64,000 nucleotides of DNA from Eubacteriales bacterium (GTDB lineage: Bacteria; Bacillota; Clostridia; Oscillospirales; UBA644). The translations under genes and the position numbers were made by a program. The notes beneath the pieces are model-generated. The model was given only the letters and a program-made list of their open reading frames with translations, was not told where the DNA came from and did not search any database. Location of the stretch: NCBI GenBank assembly GCA_045535665.1, contig JAZSMD010000001.1, forward strand, positions 24,240-88,239, written 5' to 3'. Each line of letters begins with the position of its first letter. Positions within the stretch are counted from its first letter, which is position 1. This document shows positions 37,603-48,897 of this stretch, in pieces.

Positions 37603-38454
37603 ATGGCTATTATAGACGGAAAAGCAATCTCTGCTCAAATCAGAAACGAAATCAGAGCTGAAGCTGAGGCTCTTACTGCTCAGGGCGTAAGACCCGGACT
37701 CGCAGTTATTCTTGTGGGAAGCGATCCTGCATCTCAGATTTATGTACGAAACAAACAAAAGGCCTGTGAAGAAGTAGGATTTTATTCTGATACTTATACA
37801 CTTGCAGAGCAGACAACTGAAAAAGAGCTTCTCGATCTGATTGAAATTCTCAATCTTCGTAAAGATATTCACGGAATACTTGTTCAAAGTCCCGTACCAA
37901 AGCATATAAATCCCGATACTGTAATAAATGCGATCCTTCCAGAAAAGGACGTTGACTGTTTCCACCCCGAAAATGTAGGTAAACTGATGACAGGTAATCC
38001 CCGTTTCCTTCCTTGCACACCTGCAGGCGTTGTTGAGCTTATCAAACGCAGCGGTGTTGATATTTCGGGAAAAGAGTGCGTCGTTGTCGGCAGAAGTAAT
38101 ATTGTCGGCAAACCTCAGGCAATAATGCTTCTTGCTGAAAACGGAACAGTTACAGTTTGTCATTCCAGAACAAAGAATCTTGCTGAAGTTACGAGAAGAG
38201 CAGATATCCTTGTTGTTGCTATAGGTAAGTCCGAATTTATTACCGGTGATATGGTTAAACCCGGGGCTGTTGTCCTTGACGTCGGTATGAACAGAAATGC
38301 TGAAGGAAAACTTACAGGTGACGTAAACTTTGCCGAAGTTTCCGAGATAGCATCACTTATAACACCGGTTCCCGGCGGTGTAGGTCCCATGACCATTACG
38401 ATGCTTCTGCAGAATACTGTTACTGCGGCTAAAGCATCAAAAAAATCAAATTAA
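37603..38454 (+). CDS. folD: bifunctional methylene-THF dehydrogenase / methenyl-THF cyclohydrolase
   Basis: 283 aa: [48 protein letters not shown]. Confidence 0.95.
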   Translation: MAIIDGKAISAQIRNEIRAEAEALTAQGVRPGLAVILVGSDPASQIYVRNKQKACEEVGFYSDTYTLAEQTTEKELLDLIEILNLRKDIHGILVQSPVPKHINPDTVINAILPEKDVDCFHPENVGKLMTGNPRFLPCTPAGVVELIKRSGVDISGKECVVVGRSNIVGKPQAIMLLAENGTVTVCHSRTKNLAEVTRRADILVVAIGKSEFITGDMVKPGAVVLDVGMNRNAEGKLTGDVNFAEVSEIASLITPVPGGVGPMTITMLLQNTVTAAKASKKSN

Positions 38455-38475
38455 AAAAAGAAAGGTTTAAAACTA

Positions 38476-39840
38476 ATGTCAAGAGATTTCAGTATAATAA
38501 CCGAAGAGATTAACGCATGGACACGAAAATGCATTGAAAACAGTCGCATAGACCCGAAACTTTACGCACAGCTTGACGTAAAGAGGGGACTCCGTGATCT
38601 TTCCGGTAAGGGCGTACTTGCAGGCCTTACGGAAATCGGTGATGTTAAATCTTACGAATATATAGACGGTATACAAACACCCTGTGAAGGTAAACTCTAT
38701 TACAGGGGTATAGATATGGAAAAGATCGTTGAAGGATTTACCTCCGAGAACAGATTCGGTTTTGAAGAAACCGCGTACTTGCTCCTTTTGGGAAAACTTC
38801 CCACACATGAAGAGCTTCAGGTTTTTAATAAAGTGCTTGCGGAGTACAGAAGCCTTCCTACAAGCTTTGTTCGTGATATCATTATGAAAGCACCCAGTAA
38901 GGACATGATGAATACCCTGTCCAGAAGCGTTCTTACGCTGTATTCTTACGATGATAATGCGGATGACATCTCAATTCCCAATGTTCTTCGCCAGTCGTTG
39001 CAGCTTATAGCTCTGTTCCCACTTCTTTCTGTTTACGGTTATCAGTCATATTGCTATTATCATGATGATAAGAGCTTATTTATACATTCGCCTGTGCCTG
39101 AGCTTTCAACTTCTGAAAACATTCTGCATCTGCTCCGTCCCGACAGTAAATATTCAGATCTTGAAGCAAAGATCCTTGACCTTGCTCTTGTTCTTCACGC
39201 AGAACATGGTGGTGGTAACAACTCAACATTTACCACAAGAGTTGTTTCTTCGTCAGGTACAGATACTTATTCTGCAATGGCTGCTGCTCTGGGCTCACTT
39301 AAAGGTCCAAAACACGGTGGTGCAAATATTAAAGTTATCAGAATGTTTGATGATATGAAAGAACAGGTTAAAAACTGGAATGATGATGAAGAGATCTCTG
39401 AGTATTTACTTGCTCTTCTCAGAAAACAGGCTTTTGACAGAAGCGGTCTTATTTACGGTATGGGTCATGCCGTTTACTCACTTTCCGACCCCAGAGCGAA
39501 AGTCTTCAAAGGATACGTTGAGGCTCTTTCAAAGGAAAAGGGGCGTGAAGATGAATATAATCTTTATGCAAATGTCGAGCGTCTTGCACCTCAGATAATC
39601 GCTAAAGAACGTAAAATTTACAAAGGTGTAAGTGCCAATGTTGACTTCTACAGCGGTCTTGTTTACAGAATGTTGGGTCTTCCCGAAGAACTGTACACTC
39701 CGCTTTTTGCAATCGCAAGAATCGTAGGTTGGTCGGCACACCGTCTTGAGGAGCTTCTCGGTTACGGGAAGATCATCCGTCCCGCATATATGTGTGTGGC
39801 AGAGGAAACTCCTTATGTTAATATTGATGAAAGAAAATAA
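38476..39840 (+). CDS. citrate synthase family protein (Si-type citrate or 2-methylcitrate synthase)
   Basis: 454 aa: LHAEHGGGNNSTF, GPKHGGAN, GMGHAVY, NVDFYSG. Confidence 0.85.
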   Translation: MSRDFSIITEEINAWTRKCIENSRIDPKLYAQLDVKRGLRDLSGKGVLAGLTEIGDVKSYEYIDGIQTPCEGKLYYRGIDMEKIVEGFTSENRFGFEETAYLLLLGKLPTHEELQVFNKVLAEYRSLPTSFVRDIIMKAPSKDMMNTLSRSVLTLYSYDDNADDISIPNVLRQSLQLIALFPLLSVYGYQSYCYYHDDKSLFIHSPVPELSTSENILHLLRPDSKYSDLEAKILDLALVLHAEHGGGNNSTFTTRVVSSSGTDTYSAMAAALGSLKGPKHGGANIKVIRMFDDMKEQVKNWNDDEEISEYLLALLRKQAFDRSGLIYGMGHAVYSLSDPRAKVFKGYVEALSKEKGREDEYNLYANVERLAPQIIAKERKIYKGVSANVDFYSGLVYRMLGLPEELYTPLFAIARIVGWSAHRLEELLGYGKIIRPAYMCVAEETPYVNIDERK

Positions 39841-39881
39841 TTAAAAAATCTTATACTTATATAGGGGAAGAGGAATATACA

Positions 39882-41708
39882 TTGATTCGCAATAATCTCA
39901 GAAATGTAGCAATTATAGCTCACGTTGACCACGGTAAAACAACACTCGTCAACGAGCTTCTTAAACAGGGCGGTGCTTTCCGTGAAAATCAGGTTGTCGC
40001 AGACAGAGTTATGGACTCAAACGACCTTGAGCGTGAAAGAGGTATTACAATCCTTGCAAAGAATACCGCTGTAACATATAACGATGTTAAAATAAACATC
40101 GTAGACACTCCCGGACATGCTGACTTCGGTGGTGAGGTTGAACGTATACTTAAAATGGTTGACGGTGTAATCCTTCTCGTTGACTCTTATGAAGGTCCCA
40201 TGCCTCAGACACGCTTTGTTCTTCAGCATGCTCTTGAGCTTAACCACAAAGTAATTATTGTTGTTAATAAGATCGACCGCCCAGACGCTCGTCCCGACGA
40301 TGTTGTGAATGAAGTTTTGGAGCTGCTTCTTGATCTTAATGCGACAGATGAACAGTTGGATTCTCCCGTACTTTTTGCTTCTGCAAGAGCAGGTACGGCA
40401 TCCCTTTCGCCTTACGATCCCGATGCTAAAGACCTTAAACCTCTCTTTGACAGCATCGTTAATTATTTTGATCCCCCTCAGGGTGAGGATGAAGAGCCAC
40501 TTCAGATGCTTGTTTCAGCTATCGACTATAACGATTATGTTGGTCGTATTGCTATCGGCAGAATCGAAAGAGGCGTAATGAAGCAGGGTCAGGAAATAGT
40601 TCTTGCTGATTACCATCAGAGCAGACCCAACGTAAAGGCGAAAGTCGTTACAATGTATCAGTTTGACGGTTTGGGCAGAAGTCCCATTGAAACAGCTACC
40701 GTCGGTGATATTGTAGCAGTATCAGGTATTGAAAATGTAAATATCGGTGATACAGTTTGTGCTGTTGATGCAGTTGAACCACTTCCTTTCGTTAAAATTT
40801 CCGAACCTACAATGGAAATGACGTTCCTTGTAAATAACAGCCCATTTGCAGGTAAAGAAGGTAAATTCGTAACTTCAAGAAACCTCAGAGAAAGACTTTT
40901 CAAGGAGCTTCTTAAAGACGTATCTCTCCGTGTTGAAGAAACCGAAACTACAGAAGCATTCAACGTAAGCGGCAGAGGCGAAATGCATCTTTCAATTCTT
41001 ATTGAAAATATGAGACGTGAAGGTTATGAATTCCAGGTAAGTACCCCCCGTGTTCTCTACAAAGAGATCGACGGCAAAAAGTGTGAGCCTATGGAACGCC
41101 TTGTTGTGGACGTGCCCGAGGAATCAATGGGTGCCGTTATGGAAAAAATGGGTGTAAGAAAAGGCGAAATGCAGTCCATGTCTTCTGTGGGTAACAGAAT
41201 TAAGCTTGAATTTATAATCCCCACAAGAGGTTTGTTTGGTTATCGTTCCGAATTCCTTACAGATACAAAGGGTGAAGGTATTCTTACATCTGTATTTGAC
41301 AGCTATCAGCCTTTCAAGGGCGAAATCCCCAGAAGAAATACAGGTTCTCTTATTGCTCACGAAACAGGTGAATCTACGACTTATGGCATTTTCAATATTC
41401 AGAACCTCGGTGTTATGTTTGTTGATCCTGCACAGCCTATCTATGCGGGTATGCTCGTAGGTGAAGCTTCCAAGAGTGATGATATCGTTGTAAACGTATG
41501 TAAGAAAAAGCATATGACTGCTATTCGTTCTGCAGGTAAAGATGAAGCTCTTCGTCTTATTCCTCCCAGAAGAATGAGCTTGGAACAGGCTTTGGAATAT
41601 ATTGCGGATGACGAGCTTGTAGAAGTAACTCCAGTAAGCATGAGACTTCGTAAAAAGATCCTTGACCACGGTCAGAGAATGAGAATTCAGTTCCAGAACA
41701 AGAAATAA
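39882..41708 (+). CDS. typA: translational GTPase TypA/BipA
   Basis: 608 aa. TTG start with a [45 protein letters not shown]. Confidence 0.95.
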   Translation: MIRNNLRNVAIIAHVDHGKTTLVNELLKQGGAFRENQVVADRVMDSNDLERERGITILAKNTAVTYNDVKINIVDTPGHADFGGEVERILKMVDGVILLVDSYEGPMPQTRFVLQHALELNHKVIIVVNKIDRPDARPDDVVNEVLELLLDLNATDEQLDSPVLFASARAGTASLSPYDPDAKDLKPLFDSIVNYFDPPQGEDEEPLQMLVSAIDYNDYVGRIAIGRIERGVMKQGQEIVLADYHQSRPNVKAKVVTMYQFDGLGRSPIETATVGDIVAVSGIENVNIGDTVCAVDAVEPLPFVKISEPTMEMTFLVNNSPFAGKEGKFVTSRNLRERLFKELLKDVSLRVEETETTEAFNVSGRGEMHLSILIENMRREGYEFQVSTPRVLYKEIDGKKCEPMERLVVDVPEESMGAVMEKMGVRKGEMQSMSSVGNRIKLEFIIPTRGLFGYRSEFLTDTKGEGILTSVFDSYQPFKGEIPRRNTGSLIAHETGESTTYGIFNIQNLGVMFVDPAQPIYAGMLVGEASKSDDIVVNVCKKKHMTAIRSAGKDEALRLIPPRRMSLEQALEYIADDELVEVTPVSMRLRKKILDHGQRMRIQFQNKK

Positions 41709-41838
41709 TTATTATAATAAATAGAGATGTACGGCGTGAAATCTACCCCCATAGGTATGACTTTACGCCGCAATCTTGCTTTTTTGAAAGTGGGGTTGGA
41801 ATATGTTTTTTAAAATATTCGGAAGGAGAAAAGAGATA

Positions 41839-42405
41839 ATGGATTATATAATCGTAGGATTGGGAAATCCCGGTTCGGAATATGCTAAAACACGCCATAA
41901 TGCAGGTTTTCTTACAGTCGACCATATTGCCAAAAAATGCGGAACAACCATCGATCGTTTGAAATTCAAAGCTCTTTGCGGTACTGCGGAGATAGGAGAT
42001 AAAAAGGTTTTACTTATGAAGCCTCAGACCTACATGAATTCTTCAGGTGAAGCTGTCGGGGAAGCTTCACGATTCTATAAAATACCTCCTGAACGTATAA
42101 TTGTTATACAGGACGATATTGCTTTACCCACAGGAAAGCTCCGTATCAGAAAAACGGGCAGTGACGGTGGACATAACGGTATAAAAAATATAATTTTACA
42201 TTTGTCTTCCCAGAATTTTATTCGTTTTAAGATAGGTGTTTCAGACAGAACAAATCCCAATATTCCGTTGATGGATTGGGTTCTGGGTAAATTTACGGAT
42301 GAGGAAATGAAACTCATAGAGGCTAAATATGATAATATTTATAAAGCTTCTGAGATGATAATGGACGGTAAATTTGATCTTGCTCTCAGTAGATATAACG
42401 GTTGA
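41839..42405 (+). CDS. pth: peptidyl-tRNA hydrolase
   Basis: MDYIIVGLGNPGSEYAKTRHNAGF is the canonical N-terminus. The ORF in the track starts 12 codons earlier, at 41803. Confidence 0.9.
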   Translation: MDYIIVGLGNPGSEYAKTRHNAGFLTVDHIAKKCGTTIDRLKFKALCGTAEIGDKKVLLMKPQTYMNSSGEAVGEASRFYKIPPERIIVIQDDIALPTGKLRIRKTGSDGGHNGIKNIILHLSSQNFIRFKIGVSDRTNPNIPLMDWVLGKFTDEEMKLIEAKYDNIYKASEMIMDGKFDLALSRYNG

Positions 42406-42419
42406 CGTTTTGAATTATA

Positions 42420-45400
42420 ATGGAGAAATCTATGTCTGACAGAATTCCACATTCAATAAAAAGTTTGACAAGGCTCGCGGAATATGACGAGCTTTTTAGT
42501 GCTGTTAAAAATAATCAGTCTGCGGCAGTTTTCGGTGTTGACAAACAAAAAGCGTATTTTTCATTGCTGTTGGCTGCAGAATCGGGAAAGAAATCTTTTA
42601 TAGTAGTTCCTGATGATAATGCTGCAAGAACAGTTCATGAGATAATGCAATATGGTGGCAGGTCCTTTGTTTATCCTGCAAGAGATTACAGCTTCCGTGA
42701 TATCGAAAGTGTTTCCCGTTTTGAAGAAAACCGTAGAATAGAAGCCCTTTCCGCAATTCGCAGAGGGGAATTTGAATCTCTTATTATTACTGCAGATGCT
42801 CTTGTTATGCCGTTGATGTGTCCCGATGAGTATAAAGAAATTACTCTTCGTTGCGGTGATGAAATTGATTTTGACGGATTACCCGACAAATTGGTTTCAA
42901 TGGGATATGAATTCTTTTCCGCAGTTGAAGGTCACGGACAGTTCTCTGTCAGAGGCGGTATTGTGGATATATTCCCTCCCGACAGCGAGGTTCCGTACAG
43001 AATCGAGTTCTTTGGGGATGAAATAGATACTGTTTCAATATTCGACATAAACACACAGCGTCGTACGGAACCTGTTGATCAGATCAGACTTATTCCTGCA
43101 AAGGAATACACCGCAGAGATCTGTGAGTATTTGATCAAAGAGCTTGAGCCGTATAAAAACAACGCTCAGGTTGCAAAGGATATAGACCTTCTCAAGCAGA
43201 GAATACTTCCCAAGCATGATAGATATTATCCTGCTTATTTTAAACAGCCTGCTTCCATTCTTGATTATGCGGATGAAAATACTTTTATATGTGTTTTTGA
43301 TTATAAGAGTGTTTTGGAACATACCGATGGTATGGTATTTCGTATGAAGGAAGATATTGAAACCCTTCTTGGTGATGACTTTGTTTTTCTCGATAAACCC
43401 TACTATTATACAAAAGAAGAGATAATCGCTAAATTAAAGAATCCTCTTATATTTGAAACTTTACCGTGTTCTGTTCCCGGTATAGAGCTTGACAGGCTTG
43501 TTAATATCCGTTTGTATGCCACTTCCGTTTCTACTGTATCAAATCTTATTGAAGATGCCATAAGCCTTGAAGATGACGGATATAAAATAACTATACTTGC
43601 CGTAGATAAAGACCATGCGGAAGATCTTAAAAAGGAAATGGGTATTTCCAAAAATGTAGTCATTCAATCAGGTGCGATTCCATTCGGGTTCAATGCTCCC
43701 GATATAAAGGAAGCTGTTTTTTCCTTCAGAAATATTCGTCGTCCCGATAGAAAACAGCGTAAGGCAAAATTTCAACGTGGGGAAAAGATCAAAGGCTTTT
43801 CCGATATTCACGTAGGGGACTATGTCGTTCACACCAATTACGGTATAGGTATTTATGACGGTATTCATAAGGTTGAACAGCAGGGTATAGTAAAGGATTT
43901 TATAAAGATCAGATTTGCAGGTACGGATGTCCTCTATATTCCATGCTCTCAGCTTGATACTATTTCAAAATATATCGGTAAGGATACCGAAGTTAATGTT
44001 AAACTCAATAAATTGGGTGGATCGGACTGGTCAAAAACAAAGCAAAGGGTCAGAAAAGCCGTCAGGGATCTTGCAAAACAACTTATTGAGCTTTATGGTA
44101 AGCGACTTAAACTAAGAGGTAAGGCATTTTCTCCCGATAACGAATGGCAACGAAATTTTGAAGCGTCCTTTGAATTTGAAGAAACGGACGATCAGCTCAG
44201 ATGTATACATGAGATCAAAAAGGATATGGAAAGTATTCATCCCATGGATAGATTGCTTTGCGGTGACGTTGGCTTCGGAAAGACAGAAGTCGCTTTGAGG
44301 GCTGTCTTTAAATGCGTTACGGATTCTCGTCAGGCTGCAATTCTTGCTCCGACTACAATTCTTGTTTTTCAGCATTACAATACGATCTTGCGTAGGTTCA
44401 AGGACTATCCAATTAAAGTTGAGATATTGTCCCGATATAGGACTCCAAAGCAGCAGGCTGAAATAATAAAGAAGCTGCGCAGAGGCGAAATTGATGTTAT
44501 TGTTGGCACTCATAGATTGGTACAAAAGGATATTGAGTTTAAGGATCTTGGTCTTGTTGTAATTGATGAGGAACAACGTTTTGGGGTTGGTCATAAAGAG
44601 GCTTTGAAAGAAAAAGCTCCTGATGCAGACTTCCTTACGCTTTCTGCGACTCCTATCCCCAGAACCTTGAATATGTCACTTTCGGGTATAAGAGATATTT
44701 CTGTATTGAATGAAGCTCCAAATAACAGATTCCCTGTAACGACTTATGTTGCTGAATACGACCTTGGATTGATTTCTGATGCAATAAAACGTGAGATCGC
44801 CCGCGGCGGACAGTGTTTCTATTTGCATAACAGGATAGACACCATATATAAAACAGCCCAGATAATTGCTGACAGAACAGGGGCGAGAATTTCCGTTGCC
44901 CATGGCAAAATGTCTCAGGAAGAGCTTTCCGGTATTTGGGAAGACCTTGTAAACGGTGAAACGGACGTTCTTGTTTGCACTACGATCATCGAAACAGGGG
45001 TTGACGTTCCCAACTGTAATACATTGATAATTGAAGATGCTGATAAGCTCGGTCTCGCACAGCTCCATCAGATAAGAGGAAGAGTCGGAAGAACCGACAG
45101 ACGTGCATATGCTTATTTTACTTTTAAAAGAGGAAAAACTCTCAGCCAGGATGCCTATAAGCGCCTTATGACGATTAAAGAATTTACTGAATTCGGCTCA
45201 GGTATGAAAATTGCAATGAGAGACCTTGAGATTCGAGGTGCAGGCGATGTTTTGGGTGCCGAACAAAGCGGTCATCTTGTTACTGTCGGCTTTGATATGT
45301 ACATGAAGCTGTTGGAAGAGGCTGTTGCAGAAGAAAAGGGAGAAGCTATTCATAAATCTGAGTGTCTTGTGGATCTTAAAGTCAATGCGTATATACCCGA

Positions 45401-45794
45401 TAACTATATAAGGGATACGGAGACGCGAATTGAGATATACAAAACAATAGCAGGCATGGAGTCTGATGAGGATATGTATGAGGTTACGGATGAGCTTATT
45501 GACCGTTTTGGAGATCCTCCCAAGGAAATAATGATGCTTATGCATATATCCCGTATACGACATACAGCCGGGCTTTGCGGCTTCAGTGAGATACGGGAAG
45601 GGGACGGTTCTGTACTTTTATTTTTCGAGTCAGCACCCGATCTTCGAATTGTATCCGAAGTTTCTTCCCTGTTTAAGGGTAAAGTCTTATTCAGTGCAGG
45701 TGCAAAATCCTATTTGACATTCAAAACAAAATCCCCCATTGTGGAACTTCCGAAACTGCTTTTGTCTGTTTCTGAGATAGTTAAAGGTCAATAA
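42420..45794 (+). CDS. mfd: transcription-repair coupling factor
   Basis: 1124 aa. UvrB-like N-terminal region, RNAP-interacting domain, SF2 helicase motifs (GDVGFGKTEVA, DEEQRFG, LSATPIPRT) and a TRCF C-terminal domain. Confidence 0.95.
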   Translation: MEKSMSDRIPHSIKSLTRLAEYDELFSAVKNNQSAAVFGVDKQKAYFSLLLAAESGKKSFIVVPDDNAARTVHEIMQYGGRSFVYPARDYSFRDIESVSRFEENRRIEALSAIRRGEFESLIITADALVMPLMCPDEYKEITLRCGDEIDFDGLPDKLVSMGYEFFSAVEGHGQFSVRGGIVDIFPPDSEVPYRIEFFGDEIDTVSIFDINTQRRTEPVDQIRLIPAKEYTAEICEYLIKELEPYKNNAQVAKDIDLLKQRILPKHDRYYPAYFKQPASILDYADENTFICVFDYKSVLEHTDGMVFRMKEDIETLLGDDFVFLDKPYYYTKEEIIAKLKNPLIFETLPCSVPGIELDRLVNIRLYATSVSTVSNLIEDAISLEDDGYKITILAVDKDHAEDLKKEMGISKNVVIQSGAIPFGFNAPDIKEAVFSFRNIRRPDRKQRKAKFQRGEKIKGFSDIHVGDYVVHTNYGIGIYDGIHKVEQQGIVKDFIKIRFAGTDVLYIPCSQLDTISKYIGKDTEVNVKLNKLGGSDWSKTKQRVRKAVRDLAKQLIELYGKRLKLRGKAFSPDNEWQRNFEASFEFEETDDQLRCIHEIKKDMESIHPMDRLLCGDVGFGKTEVALRAVFKCVTDSRQAAILAPTTILVFQHYNTILRRFKDYPIKVEILSRYRTPKQQAEIIKKLRRGEIDVIVGTHRLVQKDIEFKDLGLVVIDEEQRFGVGHKEALKEKAPDADFLTLSATPIPRTLNMSLSGIRDISVLNEAPNNRFPVTTYVAEYDLGLISDAIKREIARGGQCFYLHNRIDTIYKTAQIIADRTGARISVAHGKMSQEELSGIWEDLVNGETDVLVCTTIIETGVDVPNCNTLIIEDADKLGLAQLHQIRGRVGRTDRRAYAYFTFKRGKTLSQDAYKRLMTIKEFTEFGSGMKIAMRDLEIRGAGDVLGAEQSGHLVTVGFDMYMKLLEEAVAEEKGEAIHKSECLVDLKVNAYIPDNYIRDTETRIEIYKTIAGMESDEDMYEVTDELIDRFGDPPKEIMMLMHISRIRHTAGLCGFSEIREGDGSVLLFFESAPDLRIVSEVSSLFKGKVLFSAGAKSYLTFKTKSPIVELPKLLLSVSEIVKGQ

Positions 45795-45890
45795 TTCGGC
45801 AGAGTTTTGAATTTTCAAGGGAGTTTATCTGTTATCTATAGACATTTTATTAAATATGTGGTAAAATTACTATTAACGACAAAAAAATAA

Positions 45891-47063
45891 ATGAGGAAAA
45901 AGAAAATGAAAAAATCAATTAAAATTATTTCAGCAATTTTGGCTTCTGTAATGATGCTCCTTGCTCTTTGTTCTTGCAAAGACACATCTTATGCTTGTAC
46001 TGTTGACGGGGTTGAATATCCTGTTGGCCCATATGCTTTTTATGCGTATTACACACGCGATAAATATGAGGCACAGCTTACTCAGTACGGCATGACAGAC
46101 TTTGCTTCTTCTTTGCTTTCCGAAGCTGATTCCGAAGGTACAAAGCTGTATGAATATATCAATAAGGAAGTTCAGTCCAGCTATATTTCACATCTTATTG
46201 TAAATCTTAAGTTTGATGATCTTGGTCTTACTCTTTCCGAGGAGCAGAAAACCGCAATTGACGAAGCTATTCAGACAAACTGGATCTCTCAGTATACAGA
46301 CGAAGGTTTTACAGATATCTGCAGAACTCTCGGTCTTACAGCTGCTGAATTTAAAGAAATGGTCAGTGTTTCATTTAAATATGAGTCTCTTATGAACTAC
46401 CTTTTCGGTGAAAACGGTCCCTATGAGATCTCCGAAGAAGATCTTAAGAGCGATTTCGAAGAAGACTATACACGTTTCAGATATATTGCATTTTCCAAGG
46501 TCGATGCGGAAACAAAACAAACTCTTACAACAGATGAGCTTATAGCTAAAAAAGCACTTGTTGACGATGCTTATGAAAGAGCTTTGGCAGGTGAGGATTT
46601 TGGTTCTCTTATTGCTGAATTTTCCGAGGATTATCTTCAGATAACAGATGACCTCAGTGATGAAGATAAGGCTAAATACGAAGAGACAAACAGAAGAAAC
46701 CGTGAAGAAGGTATCGTAACAGATAAAAACGGTATTTTCGATTACGCTTACACTTATTATTACAATGTTACTCTTGATTCCGCTATTGTGGATAAAGTTT
46801 TCACAATGGAAAACGGAGAGGTTGCATTTGTTGAGCTTTCTTCTTCATTCTGGATCCTTCAGAAGCTTGATAAGAACGAAGATTCTTCTTACTATGAATC
46901 CAAAAAGGATCTTATATACAGTGCAATTTCCACACCTATTATAGAAGAAGTTTTTGCTAAATGGGAAAACGAATTTGCTATTGCATTCAACGCTTCTGCA
47001 GTAAGTAAATACGACCCCAGAAAGATCGGCTCACTTTTCTATAAAGGAACAACACAGCAGTAA
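45891..47063 (+). CDS. lipoprotein, PrsA/SurA-N-like chaperone candidate (no clear parvulin motif seen)
   Basis: 390 aa with lipobox LLALCSC. The position after mfd matches foldase-like lipoproteins in Clostridia. The call rests mainly on context and composition. Confidence 0.45.
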   Translation: MRKKKMKKSIKIISAILASVMMLLALCSCKDTSYACTVDGVEYPVGPYAFYAYYTRDKYEAQLTQYGMTDFASSLLSEADSEGTKLYEYINKEVQSSYISHLIVNLKFDDLGLTLSEEQKTAIDEAIQTNWISQYTDEGFTDICRTLGLTAAEFKEMVSVSFKYESLMNYLFGENGPYEISEEDLKSDFEEDYTRFRYIAFSKVDAETKQTLTTDELIAKKALVDDAYERALAGEDFGSLIAEFSEDYLQITDDLSDEDKAKYEETNRRNREEGIVTDKNGIFDYAYTYYYNVTLDSAIVDKVFTMENGEVAFVELSSSFWILQKLDKNEDSSYYESKKDLIYSAISTPIIEEVFAKWENEFAIAFNASAVSKYDPRKIGSLFYKGTTQQ

Positions 47064-47089
47064 TTTCATTTGAATTTAATATTTTTTAT

Positions 47090-47135
47090 GGGAAAACCTT
47101 ATTTTAGTTATAGGTTTTCCCATATTTGCTTTTCT
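47090..47135 (+). terminator. intrinsic terminator after the lipoprotein gene
   Basis: GGGAAAACCT-12 nt-AGGTTTTCCC followed by ATATTTGCTTTTCTT. Confidence 0.7.
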
Positions 47136-47187
47136 TGAAAGGGGAGTGGGGGAAACTGCTTTTCACATGAAAAGAAGTTTCCCCCAC
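47134..47187. repeat. palindromic element, left copy
   Basis: TTGAAAGGGGAGTGGGGGAAACTgcTTTTCacatGAAAAgaAGTTTCCCCCAC. It is related to the element at 57657-57708, which lies in the opposite orientation. It probably also acts as the kduD terminator. Confidence 0.6.
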
Positions 47188-47215
47188 ATAAATATTTTTA
47201 ATTAATAAAATTTAT

Positions 47216-48013
47216 TTACGGTTGTTTTCCGATATATGCAAGTATTCCACCGTCAACATAAAGAATATGACCGTTTACGAAATCCGAAGCATCGGATGCA
47301 AGGAATACTGCAGGACCCTGAAGGTCTTCAGTTGTTCCCCAACGAGCCGCAGGAGTTTTGGAAATGATAAATTGGTCGAAGGGATGTCTGCTTCCGTCAG
47401 GCTGTTTTTCTCTGAGAGGAGCAGTCTGAGGAGTTGCGATATATCCGGGACCGATACCGTTACATTGGATATTGTGTCCGCCGAATTCGGAACAGATATT
47501 TCTTGTGAGCATTTTTAAGCCGCCTTTTGCTGCAGCATATGCGGAAACTGTTTCTCTTCCGAGTTCGCTCATCATGGAACAGATATTGATTATCTTGCCG
47601 TGACCCTTTTCGATCATTGCGGGGATAACCGCTTTAGCACAGATGAAAGGCGCGTTCAGATCTACATCGATAACTTTTCTGAAATCTTCCGCAGACATTT
47701 CTGTCATGGGGATCCTCTTTATGATTCCTGCATTGTTTACAAGTATATCTATTTTGCCAACTTCTTCTTCGATCTTCTTAACGAGTGCATTTACAGCATT
47801 TTCATCTGTAACGTCGCAAACGTAGCCTTTAACATCAAGGCCTTTTTCTTTGTATGCGGCAATTCCTTTATCAACAAGCTCCTGATTTATGTCGTTGAAA
47901 ACTACTGTAGCTCCGCATTGAGCATAAGCTTCCGCAATGGCAAAGCCTATTCCGTAAGAAGCTCCTGTTACCCATGCGATCTTTCCTTCAAGACTGAAAG
48001 CGTTTAAATTCAT
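47216..48013 (-). CDS. kduD: SDR oxidoreductase, KduD / gluconate-5-dehydrogenase type
   Basis: 265 aa: VTGASYGIGFAIA, NNAG, YAAAKGG. Adjacent to kduI. Confidence 0.8.
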   Translation of the reverse strand: MNLNAFSLEGKIAWVTGASYGIGFAIAEAYAQCGATVVFNDINQELVDKGIAAYKEKGLDVKGYVCDVTDENAVNALVKKIEEEVGKIDILVNNAGIIKRIPMTEMSAEDFRKVIDVDLNAPFICAKAVIPAMIEKGHGKIINICSMMSELGRETVSAYAAAKGGLKMLTRNICSEFGGHNIQCNGIGPGYIATPQTAPLREKQPDGSRHPFDQFIISKTPAARWGTTEDLQGPAVFLASDASDFVNGHILYVDGGILAYIGKQP

Positions 48014-48028
48014 GGTTTATACCTCCAT

Positions 48029-48871
48029 TTATCTCAATTCAGTAGTGGGAATAGTGTCCATGTCGTCAAATGCCTGGTTTTCGCCACCCATTGCCCAGAT
48101 GAATGTGTAGTTGGAAGTACCTGCACCTGCGTGGATGCTCCATGAGGGACTGATAACTGCTTGTTCGTTCTGCATAACGATATGTCTTGTTTCGTTGCCT
48201 TCACCCATCATGTGGAAAACAACATTGTTTTCGGGAACTTCAAAATAGAAGTAAACTTCCATTCTTCTTTCGTGGGTATGTGCAGGCATTGTGTTCCAAA
48301 CGGAACCGGGGTCAAGAACTGTCATACCCATTGAGAGCTGACAGGTTTTAAGTACGTCGGGGTGGATAAACTGATTGATAACTCTCTTGTTACTTGTTTC
48401 AAGAGCTCCGAGAGGTTTCTTTGCAGCATCTGCAATTTTTATGAGTTTTGTTTCATAAGAAGTATGTGCGGGTGCTGAAACAATATAGAATTTTGCAGGC
48501 GCATCTTCATTATCTGAAGAGAAAAGAACTTCTTTTGCTCCCATTGTGATGTAGAGGCAGTCTTTGTAACCAAGCTCGTAGATCTTTCCGTCAACTGAAA
48601 CTTTACCTGCACCGCCAACGTTGAACATACCGAGTTCACGGCGTTCAAGAATGTAGTTTGTGCCGAAAGTTTTCCAAACATCTATGCCTTTATCCAAAGA
48701 AACTGTTTCTTCTACAGGCATAATTCCTATTGTAACCATTCTGTCCACGTGGCTGTATACTGCTGTAACTTCGTCTGCTTTAAAAAGCTTTTCAATGAGA
48801 AATTCAGCTCTTGTCTCTTCTGTTGTATAACGCTTGAAATCGCGCTGATTGCATGAATAACGAATGTCCAT
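48029..48871 (-). CDS. kduI: 5-dehydro-4-deoxy-D-glucuronate isomerase
   Basis: 280 aa. N-terminus MDIRYSCNQRDFKRYTTEETRAEFLIEKLF and a cupin core with His ligands (HTHERRMEVYFYF). Confidence 0.9.
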   Translation of the reverse strand: MDIRYSCNQRDFKRYTTEETRAEFLIEKLFKADEVTAVYSHVDRMVTIGIMPVEETVSLDKGIDVWKTFGTNYILERRELGMFNVGGAGKVSVDGKIYELGYKDCLYITMGAKEVLFSSDNEDAPAKFYIVSAPAHTSYETKLIKIADAAKKPLGALETSNKRVINQFIHPDVLKTCQLSMGMTVLDPGSVWNTMPAHTHERRMEVYFYFEVPENNVVFHMMGEGNETRHIVMQNEQAVISPSWSIHAGAGTSNYTFIWAMGGENQAFDDMDTIPTTELR

Positions 48872-48897
48872 TTTTTATCTCCTAAAATAAGTTAAAA

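Noticed and set aside
41709-41838. Possible structured RNA or terminator between typA and pth.
   Set aside because: There is only a 6-bp CGGCGT/ACGCCG stem with a distant T-run. This is consistent with a weak terminator, and nothing more is supported.
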